Of a DNA stretch of 64,000 bases, positions 1 through 7,888 are shown one piece after another. Numbering within the stretch: the first letter of the stretch is position 1; each line of letters starts with the position of its first letter. The notes below the pieces were generated by a model, which saw only the letters and a program-made list of their open reading frames with translations, did no database searches and was not told the DNA's origin. The stretch covers positions 81,526-145,525 of the IMG/VR virus record IMGVR_UViG_3300042564_004498; one strand, 5' to 3'. The DNA comes from a virus. The translations under genes were made by a program, and so were the position numbers.

Positions 1-112
1 AACCACCTACAATAGAAAACTTAATAACATCGTTACTAATAACCGTAATTCGCCCTTTCTCTCTTACAGGATGTTGTTTTGACCAATCAATTATATTTTG
101 AATTGTTATCAT
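1..112 (-). CDS. Hypothetical protein, runs off the left window edge (MITIQNIIDWSKQHPVREKGRITVISNDVIKFSIVGG...)
   Basis: Manual translation; its ATG overlaps the TGA stop of the 109..402 ORF (ATGA coupling). Confidence 0.6.
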   Translation of the reverse strand, partial: MITIQNIIDWSKQHPVREKGRITVISNDVIKFSIVGG

Positions 113-402
113 TTTTGATTTCTAATTTGTTTTAACTTAACCTCTAATAAATCAATATTAAATCTGTCGTTTTTACTTTTGTTTGGTTTATTTCGTAACT
201 CCTTAATAAGCTCAATAACAGTTTCTTCCTCTGTTTTTTCTTTAACTTCCTCCTTAATCACATCCAAAGGAATGATTGGTTCAGGAATATTTTTTTTGAT
301 TTGTTTGTTAGCATGACTCTCACCAAGTTTATATGCTCCGTATAGAAGAGCTCCCGCTCCTGCGATTTTAAGGATTCCTCCTAATAATGTGTCTCTACTC
401 AT
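109..402 (-). CDS. Hypothetical protein with N-terminal hydrophobic/Gly-rich segment
   Basis: 97 aa ORF coupled to both neighbours; LLGGILKIAGAGALLYGAY segment. Confidence 0.7.
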   Translation of the reverse strand: MSRDTLLGGILKIAGAGALLYGAYKLGESHANKQIKKNIPEPIIPLDVIKEEVKEKTEEETVIELIKELRNKPNKSKNDRFNIDLLEVKLKQIRNQK

Positions 403-680
403 TTTGTTTCTAACGCCTCCATTTTAGATTTATTAATAAGATGTTCTGCCAGTGTGTAATTATCAACATTAGTTGTGATAATTGAATTAACCAAGTGTTT
501 GTGAGGAACATGAACTAAAAAATCAGTTCCGTTAAAGAATGTTAAATCATTCTTAAGTTCAATACAACCTTGAACCATTTTCAAAAACAGTTTGAATTGA
601 GTCGCGTTTACAAATGTTTCGCTCAAAAGTACACCGAATGTTTCGTGTTGAATCTTAATGTTATGTGAGTTCATGTTCAT
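399..680 (-). CDS. Hypothetical protein
   Basis: 93 aa ORF directly downstream of a TATCTTTG element (699-706). Confidence 0.7.
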   Translation of the reverse strand: MNMNSHNIKIQHETFGVLLSETFVNATQFKLFLKMVQGCIELKNDLTFFNGTDFLVHVPHKHLVNSIITTNVDNYTLAEHLINKSKMEALETK

Positions 681-698
681 ATCCCTTTGTTTAGATTA

Positions 699-727
699 CA
701 AAGATAAACATTATTTCTTTAGTAAAA
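699..727 (-). promoter_or_regulatory. Bacteroidetes-type promoter (-7 TATCTTTG, weaker -33 TTTA)
   Basis: Minus strand TTTACTAAAGAAATAATGTTTATCTTTG. Confidence 0.6.
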
Positions 728-739
728 AAATAATTAAAC

Positions 740-770
740 AAAAAAAGGTGTTACATCACTGTAACACCTT
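740..770 (-). terminator. Intrinsic terminator closing the large ncRNA
   Basis: 11-bp perfect stem AAGGTGTTACA/TGTAACACCTT, 4-nt loop, followed by a T-run on the minus strand. Confidence 0.85.
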
Positions 771-1640
771 CTTGGCTAATACGATGAGAATACTCGTCTT
801 ATTGAGAATCTTTAGAAGGATTATTGTTTCCCTTCGTTTCCACTATCTTTTGGATAGTAATCCTCATTGCCGATTAGTTAGACTAATCACTCCTTAAGGT
901 AATAACCACTCTCTTACTACTCTACTCTCTTCAACCTTGCGAGCTAACTCAGGATTCGACTCCTTAGAGGTTTTTGGTAAAAATACGATTGAACTTGGGA
1001 TTCTTTCGTGCCACGGACCGCCCGTGACTGTGTAGGCAACTTTCGTTATCACCTGACGAACACTTTTCCGTTTTTCTGTTAGTTTTTCACCTATTGAAAA
1101 GTTTGGTTTGTGTTGTGGATGAGTCCAAGTAGAGGTCCGTCTTAGGCTTCGTTATCTTTTGAACAACAAAATACCTGTCTACTCGGTGAGATATCCCTAT
1201 CTCCATATTTTAAGATTACTTCAAACGAACACCTTGGTAGATGTTTTGTAAGGTTAGTAGCGACACCACTCGTTCTCTAACTTACCTTTCGGTTTTAAGT
1301 CCCCTCTCATATTGGAGTCCGCAATAATATTGTTGGAACAATATTTTTTGCTTGACCCCTGTGACTTATTCTTATTGTTTTTCCAAACTCAGTTCAGGAA
1401 CCCACATTCCCAAACCATCCAACCACTTTCCCTAAAGCGTCGCCCTCAATACTCAAGGTCGGATGATATGTCACTTGTATACTCGAGTTCCATTTCTGAA
1501 ACCGCAATCCTGTTAACACAACAGGTTCACTTTATCCCCCTTTCGAGGTTTATTTGACGACCATATACAGCCGATTATCGTTTATTAAATTAGTCTCAAT
1601 GTCAACCCGAAGGTCTTGATATCAACATCTAAATGGATAA
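771..1640 (-). ncRNA. Large structured ncRNA (~870 nt), GOLLD-like candidate
   Basis: No credible ORF; GC higher than flanks; many hairpins with canonical tetraloops on the minus strand (ACC-GAAA-GGT 1284-1293, CCTC-GAAA-GGGG 1537-1548, ACC-TTCG-GGT 1605-1614; stems at 842-858, 872-888, 1326-1345, 1509-1525); own promoter, boxA and terminator; next to tRNAs. Ends approximate; family not verified. Confidence 0.7.
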
Positions 1641-1645
1641 TAATA

Positions 1646-1657
1646 TTTTCAAAGAAC
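1646..1657 (-). promoter_or_regulatory. boxA-like antitermination element
   Basis: Minus strand GTTCTTTGAAAA just before the ncRNA; resembles rRNA-leader boxA. Confidence 0.55.
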
Positions 1658-1670
1658 GTAATTCATATTA

Positions 1671-1720
1671 ATGAAGGAAAGGTCAACCTTACCGAAGTGG
1701 GATTTTAACCCTTCCTTCAT
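1671..1720 (-). other. Leader stem-loop between promoter and boxA
   Basis: ATGAAGGAAGGGTTAA pairs with TTGACCTTTCCTTCAT (16 bp including G-U pairs). Confidence 0.65.
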
Positions 1721-1733
1721 TTCAATTGTTTTA

Positions 1734-1765
1734 CAAAGGTAGATGAAAGTTTTGACACTGTCAAA
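1734..1765 (-). promoter_or_regulatory. Bacteroidetes-type promoter TTTG-N20-TACCTTTG
   Basis: Matches the -33/-7 consensus with a 20-nt spacer. Confidence 0.8.
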
Positions 1766-1868
1766 TTTTTATAAAACTTTTTTCTAACAATCTTACTCTG
1801 TTACTACCGATAGTGAGATTTGATTTCGGTGATTGTTAAAGACCAAATAGTGTTACCCGTTTGGTTTA

Positions 1869-1900
1869 CAAAGATAAGAAAGTTTTTTTGAACTGTCAAA
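1869..1900 (-). promoter_or_regulatory. Bacteroidetes-type promoter TTTG-N20-TATCTTTG
   Basis: Consensus match; near-identical copy at 2313-2344. Confidence 0.8.
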
Positions 1901-2006
1901 TCTTTTTTTAGAAATTTTGTGTTTATTTTTTTAATGACCAAAGTCAAAAACCATATTTTATAACACACCCTCTTTCATGGTCTTGGGGTTATCTCCAATT
2001 GTTTTA

Positions 2007-2038
2007 CAAAGATATGAATAACTTTTCAATTAATCAAA
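2007..2038 (-). promoter_or_regulatory. Bacteroidetes-type promoter TTTG-N20-TATCTTTG
   Basis: Consensus match. Confidence 0.8.
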
Positions 2039-2065
2039 CACTTTTTAAAACTTTTTTTTAATTAG

Positions 2066-2138
2066 TAGCGGGAGAAGGACTCGAACCTCCGACCTTATGG
2101 TTATGAGCCACACGAGCTGCCAACTGCTCTATCCCACG
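2066..2138 (-). tRNA. tRNA-Met(CAT), initiator-like
   Basis: Cloverleaf CGTGGGA..TCCCGCT-A with C1 mismatch; anticodon arm TGTGG-CTCATAA-CCATA; T-arm GGAGG-TTCGAGT-CCTTC; CCA not encoded. Confidence 0.9.
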
Positions 2139-2152
2139 ATGTTTGTTGTTAG

Positions 2153-2225
2153 TTGCGTAGGGCCGGAAACGAACCGACTTGGACTGGCTTATGAGACCAG
2201 TGAGATACCTTACCTCCCCCTCGCG
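2153..2225 (-). tRNA. Atypical tRNA(CAT), initiator-like or degenerate
   Basis: Anticodon arm CTGGT-CTCATAA-GCCAG; T-arm GTCGG-TTCGTTT-CCGGC; C1xA72 mismatch; one bulged A in the acceptor stem. Confidence 0.7.
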
Positions 2226-2236
2226 ATATATCATTA

Positions 2237-2247
2237 TTTTAAAGAAC
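2237..2247 (-). promoter_or_regulatory. boxA-like element upstream of the tRNA pair
   Basis: Minus strand GTTCTTTAAAA. Confidence 0.5.
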
Positions 2248-2312
2248 TTCAGATAAAAAATCCCACAAGCTACAAGGGTTTTCTCAAACTCACACTTGCG
2301 GGATTTGTTTCA

Positions 2313-2344
2313 CAAAGATAGGAAAGTTTTTTTGAACTGTCAAA
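2313..2344 (-). promoter_or_regulatory. Bacteroidetes-type promoter driving the tRNA pair
   Basis: TTTG-N20-TATCTTTG followed by a hairpin at 2258-2306. Confidence 0.8.
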
Positions 2345-2495
2345 TCTTTTTTTAACCGCGAAACATTTTCTGGGGTGTTTGTCCTTTCGGACATGAACAT
2401 ATAAATATGTCCTTTTTTTTAAAAATACAATAATATTATTGAAATGTCAAATAAAAATTCAAATACTATTATGTTTTCTAAAGTATTTATTTGAT

Positions 2496-2849
2496 ATGAA
2501 GGTAAGAATTAACGATAACAGTTTTAATGTAAAAACATTAATTGATAGAGAATCCCAATCAATTGGGATGATGGGTAAAGCATTTGATGGAACTTTTAAT
2601 GGATTGTTATTCTTAATGGATGGTAAGAAACAATGTTTTTGGATGAAGGGTTGTGTAATTCCATTAGACATAATCATTATAAAGAACAATGTGATTGTAA
2701 ATATACATCACGATTGTCCTCCATGTAATAATGAATTTGATTGTCCTTCCTATTGTGGAAACGGTAATATTGTATTAGAACTTGAGGGTGGTTCTTGTGA
2801 AATCCTCAACATTCAACCGGGTGATAGTATCACTTACGACTTATCTTAA
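2496..2849 (+). CDS. DUF192 family protein
   Basis: GMM..GLLF, FWMKG..IPLDIIII and VLELEGG motifs; start moved to ATG 2496, just after TATTTAT. Confidence 0.8.
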   Translation: MKVRINDNSFNVKTLIDRESQSIGMMGKAFDGTFNGLLFLMDGKKQCFWMKGCVIPLDIIIIKNNVIVNIHHDCPPCNNEFDCPSYCGNGNIVLELEGGSCEILNIQPGDSITYDLS

Positions 2850-4258
2850 TCCTCCGAAGAATTTTTAGACTCCTCAATTTTTTTCTTTAATACTTTTTGA
2901 AATTCAGTAGCAATCATTTTTGTAAACTTAACTGATGGTGAATCATCTTTCTCAGAATCATACTTATACTTACCTTGTGGTGGTCTTTTACCTCTACCTA
3001 AATAATTAAGTCCTGAGATATTGGTAATACATTTGTGACCACCAGAATTAGACTGAATTAAATCCCAAGCATTAATACCAATTTTATCCATCAATTCAAG
3101 TTCTTGTTCAGATAATTCATTGAATGGTTTTTCCATCATTCTTTCAATTTTTCCTAAGGCTTCTTCTCCACCGTCCATGAATACAAATTTTCCACCGTAA
3201 AGAGCGTCAAAGTCTTTAAAAGTAAAACCAACACTTTCAGGTCCAGCACTTGTTTCACTAACCCATTTCATAGTTGACAAAGGAATTTTCCTATCCTTTA
3301 ATTGAGATTCCCATCTAACCAAAACTTCTTGAGCTATCTCCCCAAGATTAACCCCTTTAAGTTCTCTTTCTTTTTTAAACGGATTACAAGATGCTTGAAC
3401 AAGACCCATCGGCCAAGCCATGATAAGAAAATCCGCCTCAGGATTATTTCTGAATGGTGTATATCTGTCGTAAGACCCAGGCTTAAACATACTACCCCCA
3501 CCGTATTGAAAAATAATGTTATCAGACACTGTTGGATAGTCTGCCATTTTGTCTGCATAATCTTGTGCATTTTTTTGTAAGTCTTCAGGTTTGGCGGCAT
3601 TTGTTTTTGTCATCCAAGCTCTAATGTTATTTAGTATAGACAATAAAGAAGGTTCAGAATCCATAACCAATCCTTCTAAAAATCCTGGTTTGTTTTTAAA
3701 AGCTAAAAGTAATTTGTTTATTACTAAACCTAATAACATTTTATTCTTTTGTAATGAAGAGTCTTTATCTATTCTGTAGATATAATTAACCACTTCTTTT
3801 GGTGTAATATCATGTTTTGCATAATCCGCAGAATCCACGGTATTAATCAATAATATATCAGATGATGGGAATAAATCTGTTGGTGAAACTACTTGAGAAA
3901 TAGTCTCAACATTTGAACGAGCCCCTCTAAATTGTTTGGAGGTACCCTTTTCAACACCAACTTGTTTATCGTGATGGTCTGTGTGAATCACAAACATTGG
4001 TTTACCATGAGCAAAATCTACTAGAACAGGCATTGTATCCCCTTGAGCGTCATTCTTTTTAACCGAGAACTCCTTATCACCATATTGTATAATATGGGCA
4101 CCAACAACATCAATACCGTTGTCTTCAAGGTATTTTTTCATCGCAATCGCTGTTGTTACCCCATCAAGGTCTTGGTGAAAATAAATCTCAGCTTTTTGAT
4201 ATCTTTTCTTTAAGGCGTTGATATTTCTCAACCCTGATTCTGATATAATTCTTTTCAT
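2846..4258 (-). CDS. DHH-family phosphoesterase-like protein
   Basis: HQDLDG, VDFAHG, TDHHD, DSAD and C-terminal GGH motifs. Confidence 0.75.
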   Translation of the reverse strand: MKRIISESGLRNINALKKRYQKAEIYFHQDLDGVTTAIAMKKYLEDNGIDVVGAHIIQYGDKEFSVKKNDAQGDTMPVLVDFAHGKPMFVIHTDHHDKQVGVEKGTSKQFRGARSNVETISQVVSPTDLFPSSDILLINTVDSADYAKHDITPKEVVNYIYRIDKDSSLQKNKMLLGLVINKLLLAFKNKPGFLEGLVMDSEPSLLSILNNIRAWMTKTNAAKPEDLQKNAQDYADKMADYPTVSDNIIFQYGGGSMFKPGSYDRYTPFRNNPEADFLIMAWPMGLVQASCNPFKKERELKGVNLGEIAQEVLVRWESQLKDRKIPLSTMKWVSETSAGPESVGFTFKDFDALYGGKFVFMDGGEEALGKIERMMEKPFNELSEQELELMDKIGINAWDLIQSNSGGHKCITNISGLNYLGRGKRPPQGKYKYDSEKDDSPSVKFTKMIATEFQKVLKKKIEESKNSSED

Positions 4259-4261
4259 AAA

Positions 4262-4609
4262 TTAAAATAATTTACTTATCCAAGCAACAGCTTTATCAAT
4301 AATGTCTTGGTCCAATCCTAATTTATGTAATGCTGTATATGTGTCAGGTCCTGGAATTCCGTCAGGGTTAATATTCTCTTTTTCTTGGAATTTTTTAAGA
4401 GCGTTAACCGTAGTTGGTCCCCATTTTTCATCCACAGGTATTTGGAATAATTTACCATTCACCCCAACTTTTTTCATTTTAAAATAATCATTAAGAGCCG
4501 TTTGTAATTCAAACACTTCTTGACTACTTAGTTGATTTTGTTCTTTAATAACTCTTCTAACTAATTTAGTTAAATCTGATTCTGTTAATCTTATAATTCT
4601 TTTTGCCAT
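4262..4609 (-). CDS. Peptidoglycan-binding domain protein with N-terminal LTESDL..IKE leader
   Basis: ELQTALN..DEKWGPTTVNALKKFQ..DGIPGPDT (PG_binding_1 pattern). Confidence 0.8.
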   Translation of the reverse strand: MAKRIIRLTESDLTKLVRRVIKEQNQLSSQEVFELQTALNDYFKMKKVGVNGKLFQIPVDEKWGPTTVNALKKFQEKENINPDGIPGPDTYTALHKLGLDQDIIDKAVAWISKLF

Positions 4610-4632
4610 TTTATTTTTTAATTTGTATTAAT

Positions 4633-5697
4633 TTACATTCCAGGGATTGGATTTACTTGTCCCGTGAATAAACCTCTTAAGAATTTAGCGAATGGGTCAC
4701 CTGTGACATTGTCACTTGACACACTCTGTGATATATCATCTGCGGTATTTTTGATAGGGTCTACTGGTGAGTTTCCTTCTTTAAACGATTGATTAAAATA
4801 TTCTTTAGATTCGGGAGTTTTCTGATAATCTTCCATTGACTTAATCATTTCATTTTCACTACCTAATTTTTTAATAACTTCTTCCGCTCCTACCCAATTT
4901 CCAATACCAATATAATCCAAGAACCCTAACCACCATTTGGTTTGCTGCATCATAATCTTTAATCTTCTACCTTCAGGGCTTCGGAACACTCTTGGAATTC
5001 CTCCGAAGAATGTTTGACTCAAAAATCCAGGTTTAGATAGTGCCGCAACATCAAATACTTTACTATCTTTCATCAAATCTTTAAGTGCCTGAATATCATG
5101 AATTTTAGCTTTACCTAACTTCATGTCGGCTTCTAATGATTTTGCCAAACCACTAACACCTTTACTTTTAGTACCCGCTCTACCCAATAAAGTGAAATAA
5201 TCCATAATAGTGTTCTTCATACCTTTGAATGGTCCCACAGGAAGTTCTTTTAAAAAACTATTAACTTTTTCTGCCCATCCACCAGTACCACCAGCACTTT
5301 GTAAGAATTTACCAACAGGTCCTGGGTCTTTAGCAAGACTTGAAATCATTTCAGTTGCTTTTGCAGGATTAGTTTTAGATAGTTTTATTGCCGCTTCTAA
5401 TTCTTTTGTTGCTTTGGAGCCAATTTTCATTGCTCCCATAACAGGCTTAGCGACAATGTCACCAACAAAAAATGGAACCGCAGCTACTAAACTTAAGACA
5501 CCAAAAAGGGTATCTCCTTGTATAAAATAAGAAATAGCATTGATTGAATCGGTGATTGGTGTTGGGTCTATGATACCGACAATATCCATCACATTGTTAT
5601 ACCACGCCTCATTAATTGTTTTCTCACCATTTTTATCTTTAATGATGGATTCTTTAATTAATTTTAATTGGTGTTCAGTAATTATAATTTCACTCAT
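4633..5697 (-). CDS. Putative head-packaged protein with pre-toxin-TG-like hydrophobic domain
   Basis: MDIVGIIDPTPITDSINAISYFIQGD..GVLSLVAAVP..GD segment; IIITEHQLKLIKE leader. Confidence 0.55.
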   Translation of the reverse strand: MSEIIITEHQLKLIKESIIKDKNGEKTINEAWYNNVMDIVGIIDPTPITDSINAISYFIQGDTLFGVLSLVAAVPFFVGDIVAKPVMGAMKIGSKATKELEAAIKLSKTNPAKATEMISSLAKDPGPVGKFLQSAGGTGGWAEKVNSFLKELPVGPFKGMKNTIMDYFTLLGRAGTKSKGVSGLAKSLEADMKLGKAKIHDIQALKDLMKDSKVFDVAALSKPGFLSQTFFGGIPRVFRSPEGRRLKIMMQQTKWWLGFLDYIGIGNWVGAEEVIKKLGSENEMIKSMEDYQKTPESKEYFNQSFKEGNSPVDPIKNTADDISQSVSSDNVTGDPFAKFLRGLFTGQVNPIPGM

Positions 5698-5729
5698 TTA
5701 ATCTTTTATTAATAAATATTCGTAGAAAC

Positions 5730-5755
5730 AAAAAAAAGGGTCAATGACCCTTTTA
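5730..5755 (-). terminator. Intrinsic terminator after the MTase operon
   Basis: AAAAGGGTC-AAT-GACCCTTTT hairpin with A/T runs. Confidence 0.6.
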
Positions 5756-6604
5756 TTATAAATCTAATTCTATTTGTTTGTTTTTATCTATAAAGTGTTG
5801 AACTCTATCAGTGGCCACTTTGGTATAATTCTCACTTAATTCAATCCCTATCCATCGTCTTCCACTTACTTCAGCAGCAACTAAACTAGTACCACTACCT
5901 GTGAATGGGTCCAAAACAATATCATTCCTATATGTTAATATTTTGATTGCCTTTAATGGTATATCCATTGAGAATGTCGCTTTGGTTTGTTGTTTAGTAT
6001 CTGCAAAATATTCCCATTGTCCATATACTAAACTCATAAACTCTTTCTTATCCTCATCTTGATACATCATCTTTTGTTTAATAGTACCATCCTCTTGTTC
6101 TAAATCAACCAATTCTCCTTTCCATTGTGATTCACCCTTAACCTTTTTAATACGGTCTTTCTTATAGGCCAATACTACACACTCTTTTGGATTATAAATG
6201 TATGGACTACTTGGTGACATCCATGAACCCCAAGCTGTGGTTTTACTTCTGTGTGGTGAGTTCTCATCAAGGTCTACAAGCCCATAGAATTTAAATCCAA
6301 CTTTCTTCATCACCGCCCAAAATTCAGACATAAATAATACTCTACCACCTCTATCTTGTACATTTACTTCATAAGGTATGTTTATTGCAACTCTACCATC
6401 ATCTTTTATTAACCGATATGCCTGTGTCAACCATTGTTCTGTAAATTCCCAATACTCATCCATCATCATTCTATCGTCATGACTATCATAATCAATACCA
6501 ACATTATATGGTGGAGAGGTTACAATTAAATCAATAGTTGACTCAGGAAGTTTAGCCATCTCAACAATACAATCTCCTTGAATAATTCTTTTTGTTTCTA
6601 ACAT
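5756..6604 (-). CDS. DNA methyltransferase, beta class (N4-C/N6-A)
   Basis: TSPPYN (motif IV) N-terminal to VLDPFTGSGT (motif I). Confidence 0.9.
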   Translation of the reverse strand: MLETKRIIQGDCIVEMAKLPESTIDLIVTSPPYNVGIDYDSHDDRMMMDEYWEFTEQWLTQAYRLIKDDGRVAINIPYEVNVQDRGGRVLFMSEFWAVMKKVGFKFYGLVDLDENSPHRSKTTAWGSWMSPSSPYIYNPKECVVLAYKKDRIKKVKGESQWKGELVDLEQEDGTIKQKMMYQDEDKKEFMSLVYGQWEYFADTKQQTKATFSMDIPLKAIKILTYRNDIVLDPFTGSGTSLVAAEVSGRRWIGIELSENYTKVATDRVQHFIDKNKQIELDL

Positions 6605-7005
6605 TATAATTTACCTTCTTGTTTTAATTGTTCTCTTATTTTGGTGGCTGAGATATCACTCACTTCTTGAGGTGGTAAATGCTCTATTATATCGTAACCA
6701 ACTCCTCTTCCAAAATTTACCGATTCAACATCAGGGATTACCATAACCTTAACTCTTCCCTCAATAATTAAATCATATAACTTGATAAGGATATTTTCAT
6801 AAACTTCTTGTGCTGTGAATGGGTTCTGTTCGTTAGGTTCTATGTCTCTAACACAGATTAAAACATTCTTACCTTGTTCAAGTCTTTGGTCTATCAACCA
6901 TCTGTGCCCATCGTGCCATGGTTGCCATCTTCCAATAAACATTGAGAATTGTTTACCAGGGTTATTTTTTAATTTTGGGTCTCCTTCTATGTGTATCTTT
7001 TCCAT
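6604..7005 (-). CDS. HxGH nucleotidyltransferase (cytidylyltransferase/NMNAT/ATP-sulfurylase-like fold)
   Basis: IGRWQPWHDGH and ISATKIR motifs; start reassigned to ATG 7005. Confidence 0.8.
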   Translation of the reverse strand: MEKIHIEGDPKLKNNPGKQFSMFIGRWQPWHDGHRWLIDQRLEQGKNVLICVRDIEPNEQNPFTAQEVYENILIKLYDLIIEGRVKVMVIPDVESVNFGRGVGYDIIEHLPPQEVSDISATKIREQLKQEGKL

Positions 7006-7006
7006 A

Positions 7007-7438
7007 TTATTTTTTAAATATTTTTTCAACACATTCGGCAACAGTGATGTTGTCGGTGCACATGTCAATGTAATTTTCTGTTGGTGGTTCATAGTCTTGA
7101 ACAAAGAATTGTTCCCTACCTCTTACCTCTGAAGTATAAACATAAACTTCTTTTATTGCATTTTCAAGTTTCTCTTTGAATGCATCTCTTTGTCCTTTGT
7201 AAGGAGACACTAATGATACTAAAACATTTTGTCCTTTGGAGTGAAGATATTGAGCCAAATGTTGAGCTAATTGTATATTCTTCATTCGTCCTTCTTTTGA
7301 ATAATCTTTATTATCAAATAATTCTCTAATATCATCACCATCAATATGGTACCAATTATTGAAGTACCTTAACTCCATAATTGATTTTGCCAATGTTGTC
7401 TTACCTGCACCAGGTTGTCCTGTTAACCAATAAATCAT
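7007..7438 (-). CDS. cysC: Adenylylsulfate (APS) kinase-like P-loop kinase
   Basis: WLTGQPGAGKTT, DGDDIR, VSLVSPY..R, YEPP motifs. Confidence 0.8.
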   Translation of the reverse strand: MIYWLTGQPGAGKTTLAKSIMELRYFNNWYHIDGDDIRELFDNKDYSKEGRMKNIQLAQHLAQYLHSKGQNVLVSLVSPYKGQRDAFKEKLENAIKEVYVYTSEVRGREQFFVQDYEPPTENYIDMCTDNITVAECVEKIFKK

Positions 7439-7665
7439 TTTTCTAAGTTTTTAATTTTTCTCTCCAAATACCATAAAGCTTTCTTTAAATCTTGGAGTTC
7501 TTTATCCGAGTCTTTTTTACCCGCTCTCGCAACATACTTAACAACATTGAAGATGTAAGCATCTTTATCAAGCCCCCAAGCCTCGCAAACTTTTACAACT
7601 TCATATGGATTATCCTGACCACCGTAATGTTCTGGGTGGTTAACCATTTCTTTATTTTTACTCAT
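7435..7665 (-). CDS. DUF3310 family protein
   Basis: VNHPEHY, FNVVKYVARAGKK, DLKKALWYL. Confidence 0.85.
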   Translation of the reverse strand: MSKNKEMVNHPEHYGGQDNPYEVVKVCEAWGLDKDAYIFNVVKYVARAGKKDSDKELQDLKKALWYLERKIKNLEK

Positions 7666-7883
7666 AATTTCACTATGTAATATTTCCCCAATTTAAGAGA
7701 CTTTTTATGGCCATTTCTAACAGAAAACAATGGTTTTGTGGTCACATTAATTCCAAACCCATTATTAAATCTAATAGACCATCCTGATGGTGAAGTACTA
7801 AATAAAATAGAATAATCAAATACTCTAATCACAGTTTGACTACAACCACTACCAATATAATATGTTTTCTTAGATATACACAT
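7662..7883 (-). CDS. Hypothetical protein
   Basis: 73 aa ORF in a coupled gene run. Confidence 0.6.
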   Translation of the reverse strand: MCISKKTYYIGSGCSQTVIRVFDYSILFSTSPSGWSIRFNNGFGINVTTKPLFSVRNGHKKSLKLGKYYIVKL

Positions 7884-7888
7884 AATGA

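Noticed and set aside
658-1557. Plus-strand ORFs 658..897 and 1312..1557
   Set aside because: Atypical composition, antisense to a structured RNA, and 658..897 crosses a promoter and terminator
771-1640. rRNA fragment, RNase P RNA, tmRNA or self-splicing intron
   Set aside because: No recognisable universal motifs of these RNAs by eye and no interrupted host gene; a covariance search is still needed
1734-2344. CRISPR-like repeat-spacer appearance
   Set aside because: The repeats are promoter consensus sequences, only two are near-identical, spacing is irregular (about 135-305 bp) and no cas genes are present in the window
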